DNA of 20,000 bases from an uncultured bacterium (GTDB taxonomy: Bacteria > B130-G9): positions 55,699 to 75,698 of the forward strand of contig CBDVDH010000010.1 of NCBI GenBank assembly GCA_965372715.1. Direction: 5' to 3'. Below the pieces are notes generated by a model that had not been told where the DNA came from, ran no database searches, and was given only the letters and a program-made list of their open reading frames with translations. Shown one piece after another: positions 1 to 8,688 of this stretch; positions within the stretch are counted from its first letter, which is position 1, and each line of letters opens with the position of its first letter. The position numbers and the translations under genes were made by a program.

Positions 1-1124
1 ATCGTCGAGGCGTCAGGGGCGCCCGGGGCATCCTCTGTGTTGCCCACATGGTCCGTGGCTCTCGTGTAGAAATCATATACGCCATTGCCCGAGCCGAGCG
101 TTACGGCAAAGCTGCCGTTCTGAGCAGTCGAGCTGTCTATCATGCTGTAGCCGCCGCCGTCGGACTGCATCCAGAGATCGACTCTGTCCACTCCCGAATT
201 ATCGTCCGATGATGTGTAGTCAACCGTTATGCTATTGGTCTGCGACCGGCCCGGCGCGGAACAACTCGACGAAGGCGGAGTGTAGTCGTCATAGACGAAC
301 GGCCCGTTCAGCTGCCCAGCATCCGGATACCTATCCGTTCCGCCTCGTCCGTCGTCGGCCGTGAAGTAGTAAGTCGCGAGTCCCTCCTCCGGGATCGTTC
401 CCGCCCAGACATAGGTTCCATTGTCCGGATCGCCTGAATCCAAGAACATTATGCGCGGTGCATCGTTGACATAGACGAGAAGTGGCGACGGCGCGTCGCC
501 GTCAGGATCGTAGTAGTCGATGTAGAAGCTGAAGTCCGTGTCGGTCCGACCAAACGCGGGGTCAAACGAGGGATTGGAGAGCACGGGAGGCGCGTTACAG
601 TCATCAAGCATCACATCCTCTATCCTCTCCTGAAGCTCCAGCGCGCAGTCTTCGCGGCAACCCCCAGAATGATACCAGCCAATCACCACGTCGCAGCCGA
701 TCGCCCACTCCTTGGGTATACCACCACCGCCGTCGTTATAAGCGTTTCGCCCTTCATTATAGGTGTCGAGGCCAAAGTCAAACTCGTAGCCGTGGCTATC
801 CTTGTAGCCCTGCACAGCTGCTGCGCTGTCACCCCAAAGGTCCAGAGCAAGAATCTCGACTGGGTCGCCACTAGCCTGAAAATACTCATAGATATAAGTG
901 TTAAACGCTGCCAGCGTGTATTCGCAGTGGCTTCACCCTATGCCGAATAAGCTGAGAACTACAATCTTGTCTTCGTATTGTTCGTGCAGCCAAACATCGT
1001 TTCCGTCCAGGTCTTGGTACCTAATGTCGGGCGCAGCATCGCCTTCTCCCGGCGCGCCCCAGGCAAGTGCGCTGGCGAAGATAAACGCTACCAGCAGGAT
1101 TGACAAAAGGATATTCCGATGCAT
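1..1124 (-). CDS. Putative secreted selenoprotein: signal peptide + TlpA/AhpC-TSA (thioredoxin-fold) domain with UxxC motif + Ig-like beta-sandwich domains; 3' end beyond window
   Basis: ATG at 1124 after SD AAGGAGGT. Signal peptide MHRNILLSILLVAFIFASALAWG, then redoxin start 'GDAAPDIRYQDLDGNDVWL..YEDKIVVLSLFGIG'. TGA at 935-933 is followed in frame by SHC. Manual translation stays open to base 1 (EYTLAAFN...EILALDLWGDSAAAVQGYKDSHGYEFDFGLD...GIPKEWAIG...NAPPVLSNPSFDP...YYDPDGDAP...DYTPPSS...SDDNSGVDRVDLW...YDFYTRATDHVGNTE). Confidence 0.85.
905..917 (-). promoter_or_regulatory. Candidate bacterial SECIS hairpin
   Basis: mRNA ACGCU-GGC-AGCGU: 5-bp stem, G-initiated apical loop, loop 20 nt downstream of the UGA. 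Fits the general bacterial SECIS model, but the stem is short. Confidence 0.55.
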
Positions 1125-1207
1125 TGCTTACCTCCTTTTTAGGTTTCGCATCGCTGTCACAGCCGCTGAGCCCCTTGTGGCTCTACGAGCGGCACAAATA
1201 GCCCAAG

Positions 1208-1289
1208 TGGGGAGAGGAGGGTTCGAACCTCCGAAGGCTACGCCAACAGGTTTACAGCCTGCCCCCTTTGACCACTTGGGTATCTCCCC
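1208..1289 (-). tRNA. tRNA-Tyr (GTA)
   Basis: GGGGAGATACCCAAGTGGTCAAAGGGGGCAGGCT-GTA-AACCTGTTGGCGTAGCCTTCGGAGGTTCGAACCCTCCTCTCCCCA. Acceptor stem GGGGAGA/TCTCCCC, long variable arm, GTTCGAA T-loop; CCA not encoded. Confidence 0.97.
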
Positions 1290-1322
1290 ACAAAAAATAG
1301 CACAACGCTCATTGCAAAGTCA

Positions 1323-1394
1323 AGCTGGCGAAGGGAGTCGAACCCCCGACCGGCTGATTACAAATCAGCTGCTCTACCACTGAGCTACGCCAGC
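1323..1394 (-). tRNA. tRNA-Thr (TGT)
   Basis: GCTGGCGTAGCTCAGTGGTAGAGCAGCTGATT-TGT-AATCAGCCGGTCGGGGGTTCGACTCCCTTCGCCAGCT. Canonical cloverleaf; CCA not encoded. Confidence 0.97.
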
Positions 1395-1418
1395 CCAGTA
1401 TCAATAATCTCTCCACGT

Positions 1419-1448
1419 AAAATAACTGCTCCCACCTATCAAGGTCAA
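1419..1448 (-). promoter_or_regulatory. Putative sigma70 promoter for the tRNA pair
   Basis: TTGACC (1448-1443), 18 nt spacer, TATTTT (1424-1419), about 25 nt upstream of tRNA-Thr. Confidence 0.5.
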
Positions 1449-1502
1449 GAGGCAAAACACAGAGGAGTTTACGCGAGGCGGATATAGGGAGGGACAGCTC
1501 GT

Positions 1503-1641
1503 GTAGGGGTGCTGCTTGCCGCACCCTTAATACACGTTCCGTTGTGATGTCAACCCAGGGCGGAGCAAGCGCCGCCCCTACAAGCCGCCCTTCGTATGTC
1601 CGGTCAAATCAGAGGAGGGCAGGCACGGTGACCTGCCCCAC
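1503..1641. repeat. GTAG-type REP doublet (REPIN) plus an adjacent REP of a second sequence class
   Basis: GTAGGGGTGCTGCTTGCCGCACCC (1503-1526) and inverted GGGCGGAGCAAGCGCCGCCCCTAC (1558-1581). Further palindrome GGGCAGGCACGGTGACCTGCCCCAC (1617-1641). Confidence 0.8.
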
Positions 1642-1658
1642 AAGCCCGGCCGCTCTAG

Positions 1659-2138
1659 TCAACCCCGCTGCGCCACAGTCGCCACCGCAAAGGCCGCGAT
1701 GCCCTCTTTTGCGCCCAAGAAACCCAGCCCCTCGGTGGTCGAGGCCTTGACGCTGACGCACGGCAGGGGAATGCGCAGGGCGCCGGCTATCGCTTCCCGC
1801 ATCCGGGCATAGTGGGGGCCAAGCTTCGGCTCCTGCGCGATAATCACGCTGTCAATGAATTCGGGAACGTAGCCGGCCTTTTCTATCGTCTCACGGACCT
1901 TCGCCAAGAGGTCGAGGCTGAAGGCGTCCTTGTAACGAGCGTCGGTGTCTGGGAATTGCTGGCCGATGTCCGGCAGACAGGCTGCACCCAAGAGGGCGTC
2001 GGAGATGGCGTGGCAGAGGCAGTCCCCGTCAGAGTGCCCCAGAAGACCCTTTTGGTATGGAACCTCGACGCCGCCCAGCACCAGCTTGCGGCCGAAAGCG
2101 AGCCGATGACAATCAAAACCTATTCCGAACCGAACCAT
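1659..2138 (-). CDS. ispF: 2-C-methyl-D-erythritol 2,4-cyclodiphosphate synthase
   Basis: RFGIGFDCHRL, LVLGGV, GLLGHSDGD..CHAISDALLGA, DIGQQFPDTD, VSVKASTTEGLGF motifs; overlaps the ispD end. Confidence 0.97.
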   Translation of the reverse strand: MVRFGIGFDCHRLAFGRKLVLGGVEVPYQKGLLGHSDGDCLCHAISDALLGAACLPDIGQQFPDTDARYKDAFSLDLLAKVRETIEKAGYVPEFIDSVIIAQEPKLGPHYARMREAIAGALRIPLPCVSVKASTTEGLGFLGAKEGIAAFAVATVAQRG

Positions 2139-2845
2139 TCCCCGCTCCTCGCGCTCAAGAGGGCGTTTGCGATCGCAAGATCATCCTGGAACGTGACCTT
2201 CAGGTTCGCCGGATGGCCTCGCAGAATCCTGATCTTGCCTCCTATCGCCTCAACCAGCGCAGCGTCGTCAGTGGCGACCAGTCCCTCAGCCCTGGCATGT
2301 TCGTGAGCCTTCAGCAGCCACTCTTTCTTGAAGACCTGCGGCGTCTGGACCTCGTAAAGGTTTTCTCTCAAGACCGTTTGCTGCACGATCCCATCAGCCG
2401 TCGCGCGCTTCAAGGTATCGGTAACAGGGACCCCGTAAATCGCTCCTGCGCAATCGCCGAGCCCCTCGATTGCCGAGGCCACCCATTCACTCCGCAACAT
2501 AGGCCGCACAGCATCGTGGATCACGACGATCTCCACCCTTTCGTCGCACGCGTGCAAACCGTTGAACACTGAATCCTGGCGACGCGGGCCGCCAAGGACG
2601 GTCCTGGTCAACTTTGGGAATCGCCCCGCGGGAGCAAGCGACTCGAAGCGCTTTCTGCCCCCTTTGGAGAGCACAAGAACTATCTCTGACACGCCCTCGC
2701 AGCTCTGAAAGGCCTGAACCGAATACAAGACCATCGGGACCCCGCAGACCTCAACGAAAGGTTTCTCAACGCCCGAACCCATCCTAGCGCCCAAGCCGCC
2801 CGCAACTACTATCGCTGAAACGAACATCTGACTGTCCTTCATCAT
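2120..2845 (-). CDS. ispD: 2-C-methyl-D-erythritol 4-phosphate cytidylyltransferase
   Basis: AIVVAGGLGARMG..KPF, GGPRRQDSV.NGL, VVIHDAVRP, PVTDTLK, QTPQVF, TDDAALVE, NLKVT..DDL. Start uncertain (ATG at 2845, 2842 or 2827). Confidence 0.96.
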   Translation of the reverse strand: MMKDSQMFVSAIVVAGGLGARMGSGVEKPFVEVCGVPMVLYSVQAFQSCEGVSEIVLVLSKGGRKRFESLAPAGRFPKLTRTVLGGPRRQDSVFNGLHACDERVEIVVIHDAVRPMLRSEWVASAIEGLGDCAGAIYGVPVTDTLKRATADGIVQQTVLRENLYEVQTPQVFKKEWLLKAHEHARAEGLVATDDAALVEAIGGKIRILRGHPANLKVTFQDDLAIANALLSARSGEWFGSE

Positions 2846-2905
2846 CGTCGTTCCATAACAGGCCGACACAAGGATGCTGTGTCACAATTCTGCAGACGGT
2901 TCTGC

Positions 2906-2973
2906 GTAGGGGTGTTCGCAGCGCGGCGAACCGCACCCGTTAGGTTTTCGGGCGGAGCAAGCGCCGCCCCTAC
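2906..2973. repeat. GTAG-type REP doublet (REPIN)
   Basis: GTAGGGGTG-TTCGCAGCGCGGCGAA-CCGCACCC followed by GGGCGGAGCAAGCGCCGCCCCTAC; the right arm is identical to 1558-1581. Confidence 0.8.
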
Positions 2974-3052
2974 AGAGCCTTCCCGTCGTTCTGGGGCCGC
3001 GCTCTAGAGACCCGCCGGTTGCAGAGGAATACCCTCCCTGCCGCTGGTCAGT

Positions 3053-4117
<1,065 letters not shown>

Positions 4118-4423
4118 CTCACTCAACCTCCTGTAAGAAAGCTGCACGTTCCCTTGACCGGCCCATTCATCTGAAAAACGCAGGACTGCCACCCAATACG
4201 CTTGTGTAACGCCATCACGTTCCGCTCGACAGATAAGCGTGAAGGGCTCTTGCCCTTGCTGCGGGCCGGTTCAAATGTGCCACAAACTAAAAGAATAAAT
4301 AATATGCCACGAAATCAACGAGGGGCTCAGTACTTTTGATCCTCGCCCATCATTCACCATGCACTAAGCATCCCAAATATCAGATCGCTTTCAACCCGCA
4401 GTCTTGTGCTCAATAAATGTAAC

Positions 4424-5611
4424 TCATTTGGGCCCTACTGGTTCCATCTCCTCGATTCTTTTCTTTTTTCTCTCTTGGGGCTTGCCGCGACGCTTCGGCC
4501 TGCCCGGACACTTCATCGGCTCCCGCGTCTTGAGCCCCAAATAAAGAGGAATCCTTATCTCGTCGCCTATCTTCAGCGTATTTGGGTCCAGGTCTTTGTT
4601 GAAGTCCCTTATCTTCCGCCAGTTGTTCGGGTTGCCGGTATACCACCTGGAAATAGCAAAGAGAGTCTCGCCATTACACCTAATGTTGTGCAGTATGTAG
4701 CCCTCTCTCAAGGCAGCGCTCGCTATATCCACGAGCTCCCCTGCGAGTCTATCCGTCAGACTTGCGCATTCCTTTAGCTTGCCCTTCTCGAGTAGTTGCT
4801 TGGCCCCTGTAATACCTCTCTCCCATGCTCCCAGGTCGGACCGTAGCCCATCAATAACGCTCCTCTTCGCGGCGCCGGTCGAAGCCTCGAATACTCGCCT
4901 TGCGGCGGACACATACTGCTTCTCGAGCGACGTAATCGACGCTCTCAGGTCCTGCTTCCTCAGATCGCTGGCCTTCCTGATCTCTGCCTGAGCGGCCCCA
5001 GAACTAAGCAGTCTGAAGCTCTTGAATACTCCGTGAATCTCATCCTTGACCAACTCGTAGAGCAAGTCGGAAGTCCGGCAGACAATCGCAAAGCCACTAG
5101 ACCCGGCCGTTATGAGCCAAATCCTGTAGATGAACCTATCCGATTCAACCTGTTGGTGGTAACCCACCTCGAGCGCCTCACCCCAGTGCATTGTCAGTTT
5201 GCGCCGTTCAATCTGGCGCATCGGATAGACCTGGCGAGTTACCGAGGCAATCATCTTCTCATACTTCTCAGGATTGCTCAGATTGCGCTTCGGATTGAAA
5301 CTGAACACAGCGACCTTGCCGAACGTTGCGTTGTCCTTGCCCCGGAACGTAACAAGAGTGCCTCGCATATACCACGGGGCCTGAGTAGCTGCCCATCCCA
5401 AAGGGACCACGAACCGAAAACCGTAACCCTCGTTTACATAGGTCCGATGAATGAAAATCCCCGGATCTGAACGGACCCGAACGGGAAAAGAAGCCCCGCA
5501 GCCAACCAACCACAAGCAGAAGAACAACAAGAAAACAGCCCGGGCAAAAAAGTCCGACCTCGCAACGCCATCAAAGCCCGTTGAACTACCGTCTGCGCTA
5601 GTCTGACGCAT
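4424..5611 (-). CDS. Putative lipoprotein with PsbP-like N-terminal region and C-terminal LysM domain
   Basis: Hydrophobic stretch ending in lipobox LVG-C. 'YVNEGYGFRFVVPLGW' is PsbP/DcrB-like. LysM-like 'HNIRCNGETLFAISRWYTGNPNNWRKIRDFNKDLDPNTLKIGDEIRIP'. Overlaps the kinase stop. Confidence 0.75.
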   Translation of the reverse strand: MRQTSADGSSTGFDGVARSDFFARAVFLLFFCLWLVGCGASFPVRVRSDPGIFIHRTYVNEGYGFRFVVPLGWAATQAPWYMRGTLVTFRGKDNATFGKVAVFSFNPKRNLSNPEKYEKMIASVTRQVYPMRQIERRKLTMHWGEALEVGYHQQVESDRFIYRIWLITAGSSGFAIVCRTSDLLYELVKDEIHGVFKSFRLLSSGAAQAEIRKASDLRKQDLRASITSLEKQYVSAARRVFEASTGAAKRSVIDGLRSDLGAWERGITGAKQLLEKGKLKECASLTDRLAGELVDIASAALREGYILHNIRCNGETLFAISRWYTGNPNNWRKIRDFNKDLDPNTLKIGDEIRIPLYLGLKTREPMKCPGRPKRRGKPQERKKKRIEEMEPVGPK

Positions 5612-7532
5612 TCCCCAGCTGCCCTATAACTTGGTCTCTCTTTCTCTTCAAGTCTCTGTTGTCCGGACACGCCCTGACGCCCTCCGAGAAAACCTTCGCC
5701 GCTCGCTGCAGGTTACCCATCTTGTGATAAGTTACGCCCAAATTGATGTAAGCGTCACATACAAGAGACGAACCCGAGCCTATCACAACCTTGAACTCCT
5801 CGGCCGCTTTTGAATAGCTCTTGAGCGAAAGGTACGCATGACCCAGGTTGAAATGAGCGAGCGGAAGGTCCGGCTTGATCGAGAGTGCTTTCCTATAGTT
5901 GGAGAGCGCTCGTTGATAGTCGCTCGCACGTGAATGAACCCGACCGGCCTGCAAATACGCCTCGTAGGAATCGGGATGAATCCGAATAGCTTTGCGGAAG
6001 AACTCAAGCGCAGTGTCTGGATCATCCTTCATCCTGTCCTTGCCGACTTCTACACAGCAATCCGAGTAGTCCTTTGCGAGCTCGGGGAGCTCTCCCCGAG
6101 CAAGCTCCATCGCCTTCTCAAACCTGACCAGAGCCTTTCGCCTTTCGCCCTTGTCAGACAACGCCTTGGCCTGCAAAGCCACGTCCCTCGCCAAGTCCAC
6201 GCGGTCCGACCGTACGCTTCTGCGCCCAGGCGCCAATGCGTCCAACCTGGGCTCCGAGAGCTCGCTCGGCACCGGAGCCGTCAACCTGATCCCTCCTCTC
6301 GTCTCCTCCCCTACCAGAGCCAAAATCAAGTACCCCGAAAGGAAAACAACGCCGAGCATCAGCATCAAAAGGAACATGAGCAGCGGCTCACGCTGGAGCG
6401 CTCGAGGAGACCTTGCCGCCCGCAACAGGACGGAAACCGCGCCCTTCAACGTTCCTCTATGCCTACCCAACGGGGAAGCGGAGGGCCCTTTGGCCTCTCC
6501 TTTCTCGGCCGGCTTGCGCTGCGCCGCCTCCAATGCCGTCTCAAACAGCCCTTCCACCTCAGGCTCCCCAATGTGTGAATGCGCTCTGCCGATGCCACCC
6601 TGCGCCTTGGCGTTGTCCGGGTCCAGCTTCAGAACCTGCTGCCAGATCGCCATCGCAGAACGGTATTTGCCCTCATTATAGAGACTGAACGCTCGCCTGT
6701 TAAGCCTTACGACCTCCGCATACGTAACATCCCCGCTAATAAAGGCCTCCATCTCCTTCACAGTCTGGAAGCGCTCGTCCGGTGATTTCTGCATCGCCTT
6801 CACAATCGCATCCTCAATCACCTGAGGAATCCGTTCAACGATGCTGCGAGGCGCCGGCGCCGTCTCCTTCACGTGCCGCTCCATTATCTCAAAAGCGCTA
6901 TTCCCAGAAAATGCGGGCCGACCTGTTGCCATCTCATACAAGAGGGCGCCGAGCGAATAGAGGTCCGAACGCTCATCAATGGGCTCACGCCTGATCTCCT
7001 CCGGCGACAGATACCGAACGCGGCCCAAGACCGAGGTAGCCGTCAGCATCGCGGTCGCGCCAACTATCCTCGATTGGCCAAAATCCGCCACCTTAAGGCC
7101 GCTGTCCTCGCCCAGGAGAACGTTGCTCGGCCTTATGTCCCCGTGCAGCACTCCCATCTTGTGAGCCGACTCTATAGCCTGCAGAATCTGCGAGAACATC
7201 GAAAGCAACCTCTCTGGCGGCACAGGGCCGTCGTCGGTGATAACCTCTCGCAATGACCGCCGCTTCAACATCTCCATTATTATGAAGTAACTGTCATACT
7301 GCTTGACAAAATCATAGATGACCACGATGTTGGGATGGCTAAGCTTGGACTGCGCAAGCGCCTCAACTCGAAAACGCTCACGTACCGACAGGTCCGATGT
7401 CTGGAAGAGCTTTAGCTGCTTGACAGCGACCGGGCGGCCCAGGCTGGGCTGAACAGCACGATAGACTATCGCGCTTGAGCCCTCTCCAATTAGGCCCTTA
7501 ACTTCGTACGAGCCTACCCACTTACCGATCAT
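5598..7532 (-). CDS. Hanks-type Ser/Thr kinase domain (atypical motifs) + TPR + transmembrane helix + extracytoplasmic TPR repeats
   Basis: IGEGSSAIVY, VAVK, RFRVEA, HPNIV, HGDIRPSN, KVADFG, YLSPEE, SDLYSLG..LYEMATG. TM segment LLMFLLMLMLGVVFLSGYLILALV. C-terminal TPRs (AHFNLG.AY, AYINLG..Y). Start reset to ATG 7532 because the longer ORF start lies inside the promoter. Confidence 0.92.
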   Translation of the reverse strand: MIGKWVGSYEVKGLIGEGSSAIVYRAVQPSLGRPVAVKQLKLFQTSDLSVRERFRVEALAQSKLSHPNIVVIYDFVKQYDSYFIIMEMLKRRSLREVITDDGPVPPERLLSMFSQILQAIESAHKMGVLHGDIRPSNVLLGEDSGLKVADFGQSRIVGATAMLTATSVLGRVRYLSPEEIRREPIDERSDLYSLGALLYEMATGRPAFSGNSAFEIMERHVKETAPAPRSIVERIPQVIEDAIVKAMQKSPDERFQTVKEMEAFISGDVTYAEVVRLNRRAFSLYNEGKYRSAMAIWQQVLKLDPDNAKAQGGIGRAHSHIGEPEVEGLFETALEAAQRKPAEKGEAKGPSASPLGRHRGTLKGAVSVLLRAARSPRALQREPLLMFLLMLMLGVVFLSGYLILALVGEETRGGIRLTAPVPSELSEPRLDALAPGRRSVRSDRVDLARDVALQAKALSDKGERRKALVRFEKAMELARGELPELAKDYSDCCVEVGKDRMKDDPDTALEFFRKAIRIHPDSYEAYLQAGRVHSRASDYQRALSNYRKALSIKPDLPLAHFNLGHAYLSLKSYSKAAEEFKVVIGSGSSLVCDAYINLGVTYHKMGNLQRAAKVFSEGVRACPDNRDLKRKRDQVIGQLGNASD

Positions 7533-7672
7533 CTCTGAATCCCTCAACCCACTAAACGAACCAAAAGCTCTTCCCCGCGCCGCCAATCGTAAGCTAAGCG
7601 GACAAGAGAAGCACCCTTGGGTCCATTTTGCAGCATAGACCTTCAGATCGCAAGCACTATTGTCCATTGAAA

Positions 7673-7701
7673 AACCTAACTCACCCAAGAATAAATGTCA
7701 A
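7673..7701 (-). promoter_or_regulatory. Putative sigma70 promoter for the kinase-LysM operon
   Basis: TTGACA (7701-7696), 17 nt spacer, TAGGTT (7678-7673). Confidence 0.55.
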
Positions 7702-7860
7702 TTCCCGGAGCTGTTTTACAGCAGGAAAACCGGCGAAAAGGGGAAAGGGGAATCCACATCCGCGAAGGCAATGGCGGACAGCAAAGAAAGATGGGTGCAA
7801 TGCTCCTTCGTTCGCCGCGCGCCGAACGCCGTCATCCGCTGTCGCCTCGCACGAAAAAGC

Positions 7861-7889
7861 TTGACAAGCAACCGGGGGGGCCGTACAAT
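7861..7889 (+). promoter_or_regulatory. Near-consensus sigma70 promoter for the plus-strand operon
   Basis: TTGACA (7861-7866), 17 nt spacer, TACAAT (7884-7889); SD AGGAGG before ATG 7965. Confidence 0.8.
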
Positions 7890-7964
7890 GCATTCTTGTT
7901 ACGAAAAATACGGTTTAACATTTTGCCTTTTTGTCTCAATCAAATAGAATAGGAGGCGCACAGG

Positions 7965-8450
7965 ATGGGCATCACGTATGCCAATGAAACAATTTGCGTA
8001 ACAGGCGGCAGCCAGGACGACCCATACACGATGGCGGACCTCGATGCGGACGGAACCGTAGGCACTTACATCACGCCGGGCGGGTACGCGAACAAAGAAT
8101 ACTCCGTCAGCAAGGACCTGGTCATCGGCTCGGAGGACGCGGACACGTTCTTTGACCTCTCGGGCAGCATCATCAAGATGGACCCCGGCAAATACCTGAC
8201 CGTCTATACAACGGCCCTTCGCGGTGGCAGCATGGGCCCGACGTTCGCCGAGACTGTCAGTGGCATGGGAACCATTCCGTTCACCGAGGAGAAGACGCAG
8301 AAGTCGAGGCTGGAGCGAATCCGCAAGCTCTACATCGAGCGCATAAACTACCTCGACAACAGGACGGGGGCCTGGGTCGCGTCCGCCGGTGCGCCTCGTG
8401 TGGTCGCCGTGTGCACCAACGACGAGATAGCTGACGGCCCGTATTCATAA
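7965..8450 (+). CDS. Hypothetical protein, paralog 1 of a tandem family
   Basis: Strong SD. N-terminal ~95 aa clearly homologous to the next gene (TI.VTGGS...PYTMA.LD.DGTVG.YIT.GGY.N.EY.VSK.LVIGS....TFFDL..S.I). Confidence 0.85.
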   Translation: MGITYANETICVTGGSQDDPYTMADLDADGTVGTYITPGGYANKEYSVSKDLVIGSEDADTFFDLSGSIIKMDPGKYLTVYTTALRGGSMGPTFAETVSGMGTIPFTEEKTQKSRLERIRKLYIERINYLDNRTGAWVASAGAPRVVAVCTNDEIADGPYS

Positions 8451-8495
8451 GATGAATCGAGCGACGGACGGGACAAAAGGAGAAAGAGGGATAAT

Positions 8496-8666
8496 GTAGG
8501 GGTGCTGCTCGCTGCACCCTCCTCTGGAACGGGGGTCGGTGCCTGCCGGCAATCCCGTAGGGGTGCTGCTTGCTGCACCCTTGATATGCGTTGGGCCGTG
8601 TTGGAAGAGGGCGGGGCAAGCACCGCCCCTACACGGCACATTGCAGGGGCGGCTCACGAGCCGCCC
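8496..8666. repeat. REP cluster: single REP + REPIN doublet + REP of another class
   Basis: GTAGGGGTGCTGCTCGCTGCACCC (8496-8519); GTAGGGGTGCTGCTTGCTGCACCC (8557-8580) paired with GGGCGGGGCAAGCACCGCCCCTAC (8609-8632); GCAGGGGCGGCTCACGAGCCGCCC (8643-8666). Confidence 0.8.
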
Positions 8667-8688
8667 TCAGAACGATAGGAGAACTGAT

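Noticed and set aside
933-935. Genome-wide UGA reassignment (Trp or Gly)
   Set aside because: ispF ends at its normal length with TGA, the long conserved genes here have no internal TGA, and Trp is encoded by TGG.
933-1124. Stand-alone 63-aa protein, or a nonsense pseudogene
   Set aside because: The stop falls at the redox Cys position and the downstream frame is intact for 310 codons; Sec readthrough explains this better.
4180-4200. T-box element (GGGTGG) upstream of yacL
   Set aside because: The sequence reads TGGCAGT rather than TGGNACC, and no terminator or specifier stem is evident.
4270-4312. Sigma54 promoter from the GTGGCAYATT direct repeats
   Set aside because: TGGCA is present twice but the -12 TTGC element is missing at the required spacing.
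8496-8632. CRISPR array
   Set aside because: Only two direct copies plus an inverted one, the same motif is dispersed elsewhere, and no cas genes are present; this fits REP elements.
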